From Coxiellaceae bacterium (GTDB lineage: Bacteria > Pseudomonadota > Gammaproteobacteria > UBA9339): a stretch of DNA of 64,000 bases. The notes beneath the pieces are model-generated. The model made no database searches. It was not told the origin of the DNA and saw nothing but the letters and a program-made list of their open reading frames with translations. Made by a program: the position numbers and the translations under genes. The DNA is taken from NCBI GenBank assembly GCA_031263085.1, contig JAISGM010000003.1, positions 90,154-154,153 on the forward strand, given 5' to 3'. Positions 35,582 through 45,603 of this stretch are shown piece after piece (position 1 is the first letter of the stretch; each line of letters opens with the position of its first letter).

Positions 35582-35611
35582 TTGATTCAAAAAACCAATT
35601 TATGCTATTAT
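35582..35611 (+). promoter_or_regulatory. possible sigma70-type promoter for the CofE-like gene
   Basis: TTGATT - 18 nt - TATTAT, about 40 nt upstream of the ATG at 35652. The AT-rich context means a high chance of a false positive. Confidence 0.25.
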
Positions 35612-35651
35612 AGTGTGCGATGGAGTATCTGTACTCAGATAAAATATAGTT

Positions 35652-36383
35652 ATGAAAAGTAAATATATGTTAATAAAGTCCGTCAAAACAGGCAAAATAT
35701 TACCTGGCGAGTCAATCTTCGATATTCTCGATACTTATATTACTAAATTAACTGAAAATACCATTGTAGCTATCGCTAGTAAAATTATAAGTATTTCCGA
35801 AAATCACTTAATAAACAAAAATCAAGATAAATTTCTTCTTATTCGCAGAGAATCACAACAATATTTTAAATCTCCCAATAAATGTAGGAATTTTTGCTTA
35901 ACTTTAAAAAATCACCGCTTAATTCCTAATGCCGGAATTGATGATTCAAATTGTCAATATTTTTATGTATTGCTTCCCAAAAACCCGCAACAAACAACTA
36001 AAAAAATATGGACACATTTACGAAAAAAGTATCGAGTAAAAAATTTAGGTATAATCATTACCGATAGTAATATTACTCCGTTACGCACCGGTGTTACTGG
36101 AATTACAATTGGCTGGTGCGGCTTTAAACCGGTTTATAGTTACGTAGGGGAAAAAGATATTTTTGGAACTCGGCTCAAAGTCACACAGATAAATTTACTT
36201 GATAGTCTTGCAACTATTGCCACCTTAAATATGGGGGAAGGCAAAGAACAAACTCCTATTTCTATTATTAATAATCCACCATCGACAGTTTTTTTTCAAA
36301 ATCGTGCACCAACTAAAAAAGAAGAAATTCAAACTTATATCGATCCTCAAAAAGATCTATTTAGTTCCATGAAAGTATATTGA
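35652..36383 (+). CDS. CofE-family (F420-0:gamma-glutamyl ligase fold) protein; candidate alternative folylpolyglutamate/dihydrofolate synthase (FolC2-like)
   Basis: Collinear with my memory of archaeal CofE: IVAIASKIISISEN, NAGIDDSN, LGIIITDSNITPLRTGVTGITIGWCG, GEKDIFGTRLKVTQ, LNMGEGKEQTPISII. 243 aa. Confidence 0.8.
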   Translation: MKSKYMLIKSVKTGKILPGESIFDILDTYITKLTENTIVAIASKIISISENHLINKNQDKFLLIRRESQQYFKSPNKCRNFCLTLKNHRLIPNAGIDDSNCQYFYVLLPKNPQQTTKKIWTHLRKKYRVKNLGIIITDSNITPLRTGVTGITIGWCGFKPVYSYVGEKDIFGTRLKVTQINLLDSLATIATLNMGEGKEQTPISIINNPPSTVFFQNRAPTKKEEIQTYIDPQKDLFSSMKVY

Positions 36384-36391
36384 CAAATATT

Positions 36392-37129
36392 ATGCACTAC
36401 ATAAATCCTAATTGGCCAGCACCTAAAAATGTTACTGCATGCAGTACTACACGCTCAGGAGGTATAAGTAAACCACCATATAATAGTTTTAATTTTAGTC
36501 TATCTACAGGAGATAATTCGCAAAACGTTTTGGCTAATCGTAAAAAACTATTTAAAGAATTAAAATTATCTCAAGAACCATTTTGGTTAAACCAAAAACA
36601 TACCAACACAGTAATTTCGATTGAAAGAAATATACAATCACTACCAGTGATAGCAGATGCCTCATTTACTACAAAAGTTGGACAAGTATGTGTAATTATG
36701 ACTGCAGATTGTGTGCCAATCCTAATTTGTGATATACAAGGAAAAATAGTTGCTGCAATTCATGCAGGATGGCGAGGCATAGTTGAGGGAATAATTACTA
36801 ATACCATTAAAAACATGAATATAAATCCATCGCAACTCATAGCATGGTTAGGCCCTGCAATTGGCCCACGAGCTTTTAAAGTTACCCAAGAAATATATGA
36901 TATTTTTACTGCTCAAATACCAAATAATCGATTAGCATTCGCTAAATGTGAAAATGGATATCTGGTTAATATTTATTCACTAGCAACTAATCAACTAAAA
37001 CATGATGGTGTTACAAAAATTTATGGCGGAGAATATTGTACATTTACCCAAAAAAATCTCTTTTATTCGTACCGTCGAGATGGCGAAAAGAGTGGTCGTA
37101 TGGCTAGCTTAATTTGGCTAAACCAATAA
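36392..37129 (+). CDS. pgeF: peptidoglycan editing factor PgeF (YfiH/DUF152 family)
   Basis: WPAPKNVTACSTTRSGG, TADCVPILI, IHAGWRG. ATG at 36392 aligns with the E. coli YfiH start. The track start 36380 is TTG. Confidence 0.85.
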   Translation: MHYINPNWPAPKNVTACSTTRSGGISKPPYNSFNFSLSTGDNSQNVLANRKKLFKELKLSQEPFWLNQKHTNTVISIERNIQSLPVIADASFTTKVGQVCVIMTADCVPILICDIQGKIVAAIHAGWRGIVEGIITNTIKNMNINPSQLIAWLGPAIGPRAFKVTQEIYDIFTAQIPNNRLAFAKCENGYLVNIYSLATNQLKHDGVTKIYGGEYCTFTQKNLFYSYRRDGEKSGRMASLIWLNQ

Positions 37130-37131
37130 AA

Positions 37132-39375
37132 TCATAAAATAGAGAAAACATAACCACATCCATTTTGTGGACAAATTTTTTCTGTACCATGTCGCTTAGT
37201 AATCTTAAGTGTAAGAATTTTCCAATCACATTTAGGACATTTTTCGCTAAGCGGTTCATTCCATACTGCATACTTACATTCTGGATAATTAGCACATGAA
37301 TAAAAATATTTACCGTAACGCGATTTTCGTTTAGACATAGTATTTTTATTACATACAGGACAAATAACTCCAGTGTTGATGGATTTTTCCAAAGATTCTA
37401 TAAATTTACAAGAAGGATAACTACTACACCCTATAAATTTACCGTAACGTCCCATCTTGATATTTAAAAATGATCCACATTTGGGACATGTACGATCAGA
37501 TATTATTTCCGGAATAATGATATTTTTTTCTTGATCAACGCTAGCAGTATAATCACAATCAGGATAGCCACTACAACCAATAAATCTACCATTTTTTCCT
37601 AATCGTAAAGTAAGAGATTTTCCACATTTTGTGCATTTTTCGGCTAAAATCTCTTGAGTTACATCAGAACGCCTAACTTTTCCATTAATTTCATCAATTA
37701 GCTGTTTAAATGGTACCCAGAACTCTTTCATTAACTCCAAAAATTTAGAATTACCGTTGGCTATATTATCTAACTCATCTTCTAAATGTGCAGTAAATCC
37801 ATAATCAACATATTGGGTAAAATAGTTAACTAAAAATTTATTTACCACTACACCAACATCTGTTGGTTTGAATCGCTTATTTTCTAGAACAACATACTTA
37901 CGATTAATCAAAGTATCGATAATAGTAGCATATGTAGACGGTCTGCCGATTCCGTATTCTTCAAGAGTTTTAATTATACTAGCTTCACTATATCTTGGTG
38001 GCGGTTCGGTAAAATGTTGCTCTGTGGCAATATCTAATAATTCTACTACGTCACCATTTTGTAATGGCGGTAATATTTCTTCATTAATAACAACATCGTC
38101 AACATCTTCATGGTAAACTTCTAAAAAACCAGGAATAACAATTACTGAACCAGTAGTACGAAAAACATTTCCCGCTCCACAATCTAAATCAATCGCAACA
38201 ACATTAAAAACAGCTGATACCATCTGACATGATATCATTCTCTTCCAAATAAGATTATATAATTTTACTTGTTCTGGATTAAGTTTTTTAATTACATCTT
38301 TTGGTAAACATTTGCTTGATGTTGGACGAATAGCTTCATGAGCTTCTTGTACATTTTTGGATTTTGTTTTATAAAAATTAGGGGATTGGGGTAAATTTTT
38401 TTCTCCAAAACGTTGTTGAATTACTGCACGAGTTTCAACAATTGCTTCCATTGCCAAATTAACTGAATCAGTACGTATATAGGTTATATAGCCAGCTTCA
38501 TACAATCCTTGTGCATTCATCATAGTTCTTTTAGCGGAAAATCCCAGTTTACGTGCGGCCTCTTGTTGTAAAGTAGATGTTGTGAAAGGAGGAACAGGGT
38601 TACGCTTACGTTGTTTCTTGTCAACTTTAATAACTCGTAATTTATTGTGAGCAGTTTTAAATAAATCATTTCTAATTTTAATCGCTTGCTCTTCGTTAAT
38701 AATTGAAAATTGAGTAATTTTTTTATACTGATATTCAATTAATTTAGAATTAAATTCTTGCTTAACAAATAAATTTTTCGCTGTAATAGTCCAATATTCT
38801 TTAGATAAAAATTTTTCAATTTCGTCTTCGCGCGTAACAATTAATCTTAAAGCGGGACTTTGCACCCTACCAGCCGAAAGACCATAACGAACTTTTTTCC
38901 AAAGCAATGGAGATAAATTAAACCCCACCAAATAATCTAAAGCCCTTCGCGCTTGTTGAGCATCAACTAATGTTTTAGAAATATCACGCGGCTTAGTCAT
39001 TGCATCTGCAATAGCAGATTTAGTAATTTCATTAAACACAATCCGATATATCGGCTGCTTCTTTAACGCATTTTTACTTAACATTAACTCATAAACATGC
39101 CAAGCAATTGCTTCTCCTTCACGATCAGGATCGGTGGCAAGATAAAAAGATTCTGATTCTTTAAGAGCTTTAGCAATAGCAGCAACATGTTTAGTATTTT
39201 TTTTGATTATTTCATAATGCATAATAAAATCATGCTCTGTATCGACAGCCCCAGATTTAGGAATTAGATCGCGCACATGACCGTATGAAGCAAGTACAGT
39301 AAAATCTGCACCTAAATATTTCTTTATAGTCGCCACCTTTGATGGCGATTCAACAATTACAAGTTTTTTTGTCAT
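37132..39375 (-). CDS. topA: DNA topoisomerase I TopA
   Basis: Toprim LVIVESPSK and DPDREGE. Active-site region GYITYIRTDS. Several C-terminal CxxC...CxxC Zn ribbons. 747 aa. Confidence 0.95.
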   Translation of the reverse strand: MTKKLVIVESPSKVATIKKYLGADFTVLASYGHVRDLIPKSGAVDTEHDFIMHYEIIKKNTKHVAAIAKALKESESFYLATDPDREGEAIAWHVYELMLSKNALKKQPIYRIVFNEITKSAIADAMTKPRDISKTLVDAQQARRALDYLVGFNLSPLLWKKVRYGLSAGRVQSPALRLIVTREDEIEKFLSKEYWTITAKNLFVKQEFNSKLIEYQYKKITQFSIINEEQAIKIRNDLFKTAHNKLRVIKVDKKQRKRNPVPPFTTSTLQQEAARKLGFSAKRTMMNAQGLYEAGYITYIRTDSVNLAMEAIVETRAVIQQRFGEKNLPQSPNFYKTKSKNVQEAHEAIRPTSSKCLPKDVIKKLNPEQVKLYNLIWKRMISCQMVSAVFNVVAIDLDCGAGNVFRTTGSVIVIPGFLEVYHEDVDDVVINEEILPPLQNGDVVELLDIATEQHFTEPPPRYSEASIIKTLEEYGIGRPSTYATIIDTLINRKYVVLENKRFKPTDVGVVVNKFLVNYFTQYVDYGFTAHLEDELDNIANGNSKFLELMKEFWVPFKQLIDEINGKVRRSDVTQEILAEKCTKCGKSLTLRLGKNGRFIGCSGYPDCDYTASVDQEKNIIIPEIISDRTCPKCGSFLNIKMGRYGKFIGCSSYPSCKFIESLEKSINTGVICPVCNKNTMSKRKSRYGKYFYSCANYPECKYAVWNEPLSEKCPKCDWKILTLKITKRHGTEKICPQNGCGYVFSIL

Positions 39376-40010
39376 ATATTTTTTTTAAAAATTTAATCAT
39401 ACTTAATTATCTGAGTATTAAATTTCGTAATTAATTTCAATACTTATTTCAGATTACCGATAAATTATCGATATCAACCATTAAAATCCTCATAATTTAA
39501 CAACATCATATACTTATGATCAAGTGTATCTTGAACAATTACACTATGAGAATGTAGAATAATTACATTATAGCAAATTTACAAAATATTTTTTTACTTT
39601 TGATGTTAATAATGACAATATGAAAAGATATTATTATATAAATACGATCATAAGTAAATTACGATACTTATATGATTAATAGTCGAACAATTATATCTAA
39701 AAAATTAGTATGAGATTAATAATCAGAGAATGATGCTCGTACGGAAAATATAAATGTAGAAATATATTTGCTATTTAGTAATTGAATAATCCGTAAAATT
39801 TAATAAGACTTCAATTATGAGAAATATAGCAATTAATTTTCTATTGTAATTTAGTACACAAATTGAGTTATATAAAATTGAAATTGCTGAATTAATATCA
39901 TTTGACAAATTAAGTAGGATATTTAATTACATGGAACAGAAAATATGATACAAACATAACAGCATATTTATATTTTATTTTTGCATAACACCATAACATA
40001 AAGATCTACA

Positions 40011-40538
40011 ATGACAATTCTGAACATATTGCAATATCCTGATATACGCTTACGTCGTAAAGGCTGTCAAGTAACTAATGTATCTGCACCTAAAATCCAG
40101 GAAATTATAAACAATATGTTAGAAACTTTAATTGCAAAAAAAAATTGTGCCGGACTCGCCGCCACTCAATTAGAATTAGATAATCCACCAAATATTGCGG
40201 TAATTAATTACACTCAAAATGAAATTAAAAAAAATATTTTATGTCTCGTCAATCCTCAAATTATTATAAAAGAAGGTAGTAATTTGAGTGAAGAAGGATG
40301 TATGTCAATTGGGCCATCTGGAAAAATTTATGCCAAAATAAGAAGAGCTACCAAAATTCAAGTACAAGCTCTAGACTCTAAGGGTCGCGAATTAAAATTT
40401 GAAGCCGCTGATTTTCTGGCACGCTGTATTCAGCATGAATGCGATCATTTGCAAGGAATACTTTTTATTGATTATCTATCAAAACTAAAATGGATATTTA
40501 TCGAAAGAAAAATAATCAAATTTACCAATATAAAATAA
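40011..40538 (+). CDS. def: peptide deformylase
   Basis: GLAATQ, EGCMS and HECDHL motifs. 175 aa. Confidence 0.9.
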   Translation: MTILNILQYPDIRLRRKGCQVTNVSAPKIQEIINNMLETLIAKKNCAGLAATQLELDNPPNIAVINYTQNEIKKNILCLVNPQIIIKEGSNLSEEGCMSIGPSGKIYAKIRRATKIQVQALDSKGRELKFEAADFLARCIQHECDHLQGILFIDYLSKLKWIFIERKIIKFTNIK

Positions 40539-40545
40539 TTTTATT

Positions 40546-41493
40546 ATGAAAATTATATTCGCCGGCACGCCATTATTTGCTATACCAGCATTACAAATAC
40601 TATTTAAATCGTCACATTTAATTTGCGCGGTTTACACTCAACCAGATCGCCCATCTGGTAGGGGTCAAAAAATAATATTAAGCCCTATAAAAAAACTAGC
40701 TTTAGAATACAAACTTCCACTATATCAACCATTTTCTCTCAAAAATTATATATCTCAAAAACAACTATTGGATTTGAATGCAGATATTTTGATTAATGCT
40801 GCTTACGGCTTACTCTTGCCAGAAGAAATCTTAAGTGCACCAAAATTCGGCTGCATCAACATTCATCCATCGTTACTACCTCGCTGGAGAGGGGCAGCGC
40901 CAATTCAACGAGCAATAATGGCAGGAGATACTATGACTGGTGTTACCATCATGAAAATCAATTCTGGATTAGATACTGGTGATATCTATAAACAAAAAAT
41001 TATACGAATAACTAGCACTGATACAACAGAAACTTTAAGTCAAAAAACTGCCACAATTGGTGCAGAATTACTAATTACTGTATTGACAGAAATTGCTTGT
41101 CGAAGAGCTAATCTCGTACCACAAAATAATAAACACACCATTACCTATGCTAATAAAATCACTAAAAATGATGGCGAGATAATTTGGCAAAAAAGTGCTC
41201 TAGAACTCGAGAAAATGATACGAGCATTCATTCCATGGCCAATAGCATATTTTAAATATAAAGATAAATGTATTCGTATTTGGCAAGCAAAAGCACTTTC
41301 TACTAATACAGATTCTAACAATTTTCAAGCAGGTACTATTATCAAAGTTAATACAGATAGTATTAATGTAATAACAGGTAACGGAATTTTAGCATTATTA
41401 AAAATTCAATTACCTGGTAAAAAAATTATGATGATTAAAGATATCCTAAATGCTAACCAACGAGATTTTGTTATTGGCAAACAATTTACCTAA
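40546..41493 (+). CDS. fmt: methionyl-tRNA formyltransferase
   Basis: MKIIFAGTP, QPDRPSGRGQK, INIHPSLLPRWRGAAPIQ. It follows def. Confidence 0.95.
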   Translation: MKIIFAGTPLFAIPALQILFKSSHLICAVYTQPDRPSGRGQKIILSPIKKLALEYKLPLYQPFSLKNYISQKQLLDLNADILINAAYGLLLPEEILSAPKFGCINIHPSLLPRWRGAAPIQRAIMAGDTMTGVTIMKINSGLDTGDIYKQKIIRITSTDTTETLSQKTATIGAELLITVLTEIACRRANLVPQNNKHTITYANKITKNDGEIIWQKSALELEKMIRAFIPWPIAYFKYKDKCIRIWQAKALSTNTDSNNFQAGTIIKVNTDSINVITGNGILALLKIQLPGKKIMMIKDILNANQRDFVIGKQFT

Positions 41494-41506
41494 TATTCCT
41501 TAATAA

Positions 41507-41541
41507 AGTATACAAAGAAAAATCTTTGTATACTCATTTTT
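41507..41541 (+). terminator. intrinsic terminator after fmt
   Basis: Perfect 12-bp stem AGTATACAAAGA / TCTTTGTATACT with a 4-nt AAAA loop, followed by CATTTTT. Confidence 0.7.
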
Positions 41542-41702
41542 AAGAATTGAGACCACTAATGATAGTATAAATATCAGTATCTAGTCACCAATTAAGCTGG
41601 GATATACTTCTAACAAAGTTAGAATAGCTGACTTAATTATCATTATACCAATACTAAACTCATCATTCAAATTAAGTAACAACTTTTACGTCAAAATCTT
41701 TA

Positions 41703-43697
41703 TTATAGAATTCTCTGATCAAGACAAAATTTAGTAACATCTGTAAGTAATACAGATCTAGATTTATTCTCCAACATATCATAAGTTATGAAATTTTGGG
41801 GTATTTCACGTAAAAACCTAGACGGTAAACGAAGGGTACATTTACCGTACACTTGACGACGATTAGCGTACAACAAGTACAACTTGCTTCTTGCTCGTGT
41901 TATTCCTACATAACATAGGCGTCTCTCTTCTTCTAAATCTTCCTGTTTTTGAGTAGACATAATATGAGGAAAAATTCCCTCCTCCATACCACACAAAAAT
42001 ACTACTGAAAATTCTAAACCTTTAGCAGCATGAATAGTCATCAATTTCACATGACTATTATTATCAACATCTTCATTCGAATCTAAAATAACTTGTGATA
42101 AAAAATTTTGTAATAAAAGTTGTTTGTTAATATGATTCGTAGTTATAAACTGGGTAGCAGCAGTAATTAATTCATCTAGGTTATCTAAACGCAATTGTTG
42201 CTGATCACGATACTGTAATTTAGTATAATGAATACGCAAACCAGTATGCTCTATTACCCATGATATTAACGCATCTAAATCGAGATTAGTGATTTGTTCT
42301 CTGCAATCATCAAGCAATTGTATAAAATTATATAGCGCATTAATTTGTTTATTTGGTAATTTCTTTGTCGCGATTATTTTTTTCATTGCTTGCCACAAGG
42401 AGCAATTATACAGCTTTGCGTAATCACGAAACATTGCTAGAGCAGATTTTCCGATACCACGAACAGGTAAATTTACTACTCTTTCAAAAGCTATATCATC
42501 ATTATAATTAATCAAGAGACGTAAATAAGCTAAAACATCTTTAATTTCCGATCGCTCAAAAAAACGCATACCTCCGTATATCCGATAAGCGATATTACAG
42601 CGTAAAAGTTGTTCTTCAATAACCCGTGACTGGAAATTGGCGCGGTATAAGATCGCAATATCACTAAAACTATTACCATCATTAATCCAAGACTTAATTC
42701 GCTCTACTACATAATATGCTTCACTAATTTCATTATAGGCAGCGTGAATTACGATTCGATCTCCCTTACCAGCATCAGTCCATAAATTTTTACCTAATCT
42801 ATTATGATTACAGGCGATAATTGTATTAGCTGCTCCTAGAATATTTGCTGTAGAACGATAATTTTGCTCAAGGCGCACAGTAGCTATATTAAGATAATCT
42901 TGTCGTAAACGACTAATATTACTACTATCAGCTCCGCGCCAACTATAAATTGATTGATCATCATCACCAACCGCAGTCAAACTAGTAGTAGATCCAACCA
43001 ATGATTTTAACCAAGAATATTGCATAGAGTTAGTGTCCTGAAATTCATCTACCAAAATATATTGAAATTTCTGATGATAATGAATTCTTAACTGTTGATT
43101 ATCGCGCCATAATTCATTAATTCGTAATAATAATTCAGCAAAATCCACCAGATTACTATTCCTACACATCTCTTCATAAAGCCGATAAACATTAATCAAT
43201 ATATGAGTTACCGCATCAGATGGATTCAAATTATTCACTCTTACTCCACATTCTTTGTGGCGATTAATAAATCTTTGTGACTGTCTTGGCAACCATTTTT
43301 CTTTATCAAGATTTAAAATCTGATGAACCCTTTTGAGTAATCGTAGTTGATCTTCATCATCCATTATTTGAAAATCTTGACATAATCCTGCTTCTTGCCA
43401 ATGTAAGCGTAACAATCTATGAGCTAAACCGTGAAATGTTCCAAGCCATATATCCGTCAAAGAAATTTGTAATTTTTGTTCTAAACGATTACGCATCTCA
43501 TTAGCTGCTTTATTAGTAAAAGTTACAGCTAAAATATTCCGCAGTGCTATTCCTTGCGATAATAACCAAACGATTCGATACACCAATACTTTAGTTTTAC
43601 CGCTACCAGCTCCAGCTAATACTAACAAATTGGCCATCGGAAAGGTAACTGCTTGTTTCTGATTATCATTAAGTTCAGCTAAAAAATTAAGATCCAT
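41703..43697 (-). CDS. uvrD: DNA helicase II UvrD (UvrD/Rep family)
   Basis: LNDNQKQAV...LLVLAGAGSGKT, AVTFTNKAANEM, ILVDEFQDTN, TIHAAKGLEF, VGITRA. ATG at 43697. The track start 43769 is TTG. Confidence 0.85.
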   Translation of the reverse strand: MDLNFLAELNDNQKQAVTFPMANLLVLAGAGSGKTKVLVYRIVWLLSQGIALRNILAVTFTNKAANEMRNRLEQKLQISLTDIWLGTFHGLAHRLLRLHWQEAGLCQDFQIMDDEDQLRLLKRVHQILNLDKEKWLPRQSQRFINRHKECGVRVNNLNPSDAVTHILINVYRLYEEMCRNSNLVDFAELLLRINELWRDNQQLRIHYHQKFQYILVDEFQDTNSMQYSWLKSLVGSTTSLTAVGDDDQSIYSWRGADSSNISRLRQDYLNIATVRLEQNYRSTANILGAANTIIACNHNRLGKNLWTDAGKGDRIVIHAAYNEISEAYYVVERIKSWINDGNSFSDIAILYRANFQSRVIEEQLLRCNIAYRIYGGMRFFERSEIKDVLAYLRLLINYNDDIAFERVVNLPVRGIGKSALAMFRDYAKLYNCSLWQAMKKIIATKKLPNKQINALYNFIQLLDDCREQITNLDLDALISWVIEHTGLRIHYTKLQYRDQQQLRLDNLDELITAATQFITTNHINKQLLLQNFLSQVILDSNEDVDNNSHVKLMTIHAAKGLEFSVVFLCGMEEGIFPHIMSTQKQEDLEEERRLCYVGITRARSKLYLLYANRRQVYGKCTLRLPSRFLREIPQNFITYDMLENKSRSVLLTDVTKFCLDQRIL

Positions 43698-43845
43698 CAA
43701 TCCACCATTTAAATTATTCAATAGTACAACAACAATTATTACCGAATCCTGCTGATAATAGGATTGCAAATCATTTCAACAACTTGAACCATTAAGATAT
43801 ACTTATTATAATCAAATCTACTCAATACTAAAGCAGTAAAAAAAC

Positions 43846-45579
43846 ATGTTTTTATCCAAACAAACCTATGATAAAAATGAAGCGACCACATGGCCGATTC
43901 CAAATTATTGGGATATTATTGCTTTAGCTCTAATTTTTACTATGATTGCCATAATAGCTTGGGGGGCTAAACAAATGGCTGTCTCTTATCAAATAGGGGA
44001 TATAATCCCTATCTCATTAAATCCTCTACAATTACCTATTTATGCCCTACGCACAGCAATTAGATTATTTATAGCGCTATTTTTTTCCATTATTTTCACT
44101 TTTATTTTTAGTACATTAGCCGCCAAAAATAAATATGCTGAGTCTTTTATAATACCCATGATTGACATCCTACAATCAATACCAGTACTAAGTTTTCTCT
44201 CAATAACTATTACAGGTTTTATCTATCTATTTTCTAATAGCATGTTGGGGCCAGAATGTGCCGCTATTTTTGGAATTTTTACTTCTCAAGTATGGAATAT
44301 GGCTCTTAGTTTTTATCAAAGCGTAAAAACTGTACCCAAAGAATTAATAGAAGTAGCTACTATCTTTCATTTATCAAGTTGGCAACGTTTTTGGAAAATA
44401 GAGGTTCCATATTCAATGCCAGGTTTACTATGGAATATGATGATGTCAATGTCTGGTAGTTGGTTTTTTGTCATAGCTTGTGAAGCTTTTTCAGTAGCAG
44501 ATCATCAAATTACCCTGCCAGGAGTTGGATCCTACATCTCATTAGCTATAACTCAAGCAGACAATCAAGCGGTAATTTATGCTATTCTCTGTATGTTTAT
44601 AGTAATTTTTTTATATAATAAACTACTATTTAAGCCGTTAATTTATTGGACAGAAAAATTTAAAGAAACTCAGGATGATGAAGAAAAAGTACCACGAACC
44701 TGGTTAGTTACCTTATTCCAACGTACTAAATTTTTGCGTCGTGCTACTTTATGGCTAGATAAGATTTCTGAAATATGGATTAATCTATATCCCCAAAAAA
44801 CCAAGATGTTATCATCTACTAAGAAACATCAATCTAAACCATATACAATAATATATTATTTTTTACTGATGATATTATTGTTAGGTGCAATTATTACGAT
44901 TTGGCGTTTTATTTTTACAAATATCGCTCTTGACGAGATAAAACATGTAATTGTTTTAGGTATTTTTACCGGAATTCGCGTTATGAGTTTAATTTTTATA
45001 GTATCATTAATCTGGGTACCAATTGGCGTTTGGATAGGATTAAAACCAAATCTTGCCGCCACTATCCAACCTATCATTCAATTCGTAGCAGCATTTCCCG
45101 CTAATTTATTATTCCCAATAGTAACCATCATGATAGTAACTCTAAAATTAAATGTCGAAATATGGGTTGCACCATTAATGATTTTAGGAACTCAATGGTA
45201 TATTCTGTTTAACGTTATTGCCGGTGCTAGCGCTTTACCAAAAGAATTAAAATTAGCTGCAACTAATTTAAAATTGAAGGGTTTTGTCTGGTGGCGACGT
45301 TTCATTCTACCAGGAATAGCTCCATATTTAATTACCGGAGCGATTACGGCAGCAGGAGGAGCCTGGAATGCTAGCATTATTGCCGAAACCATCAATTGGG
45401 GGACAACAAAACTTAACGCAACTGGAATAGGAGCATATATTCAAATTCACTTTACTCAAGGAGATTTTCCAAGAGTTGCTCTGGGGACCATTGTGATTTG
45501 TCTGATAGTACTATTAATTAATAGATTATTTTGGCGTCCACTTTATAATAAAGCTATAGAGAGATTTGAAAGTAGATAA
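43846..45579 (+). CDS. ABC transporter permease with two fused BPD-type permease domains (NitT/TauT-like 'duplicated permease' type)
   Basis: 577 aa with about 12 or more TM helices in two similar halves. It is immediately followed by the cognate ATPase. Confidence 0.8.
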   Translation: MFLSKQTYDKNEATTWPIPNYWDIIALALIFTMIAIIAWGAKQMAVSYQIGDIIPISLNPLQLPIYALRTAIRLFIALFFSIIFTFIFSTLAAKNKYAESFIIPMIDILQSIPVLSFLSITITGFIYLFSNSMLGPECAAIFGIFTSQVWNMALSFYQSVKTVPKELIEVATIFHLSSWQRFWKIEVPYSMPGLLWNMMMSMSGSWFFVIACEAFSVADHQITLPGVGSYISLAITQADNQAVIYAILCMFIVIFLYNKLLFKPLIYWTEKFKETQDDEEKVPRTWLVTLFQRTKFLRRATLWLDKISEIWINLYPQKTKMLSSTKKHQSKPYTIIYYFLLMILLLGAIITIWRFIFTNIALDEIKHVIVLGIFTGIRVMSLIFIVSLIWVPIGVWIGLKPNLAATIQPIIQFVAAFPANLLFPIVTIMIVTLKLNVEIWVAPLMILGTQWYILFNVIAGASALPKELKLAATNLKLKGFVWWRRFILPGIAPYLITGAITAAGGAWNASIIAETINWGTTKLNATGIGAYIQIHFTQGDFPRVALGTIVICLIVLLINRLFWRPLYNKAIERFESR

Positions 45580-45603
45580 ATAATTATTAGATTTAGATAT
45601 CCT

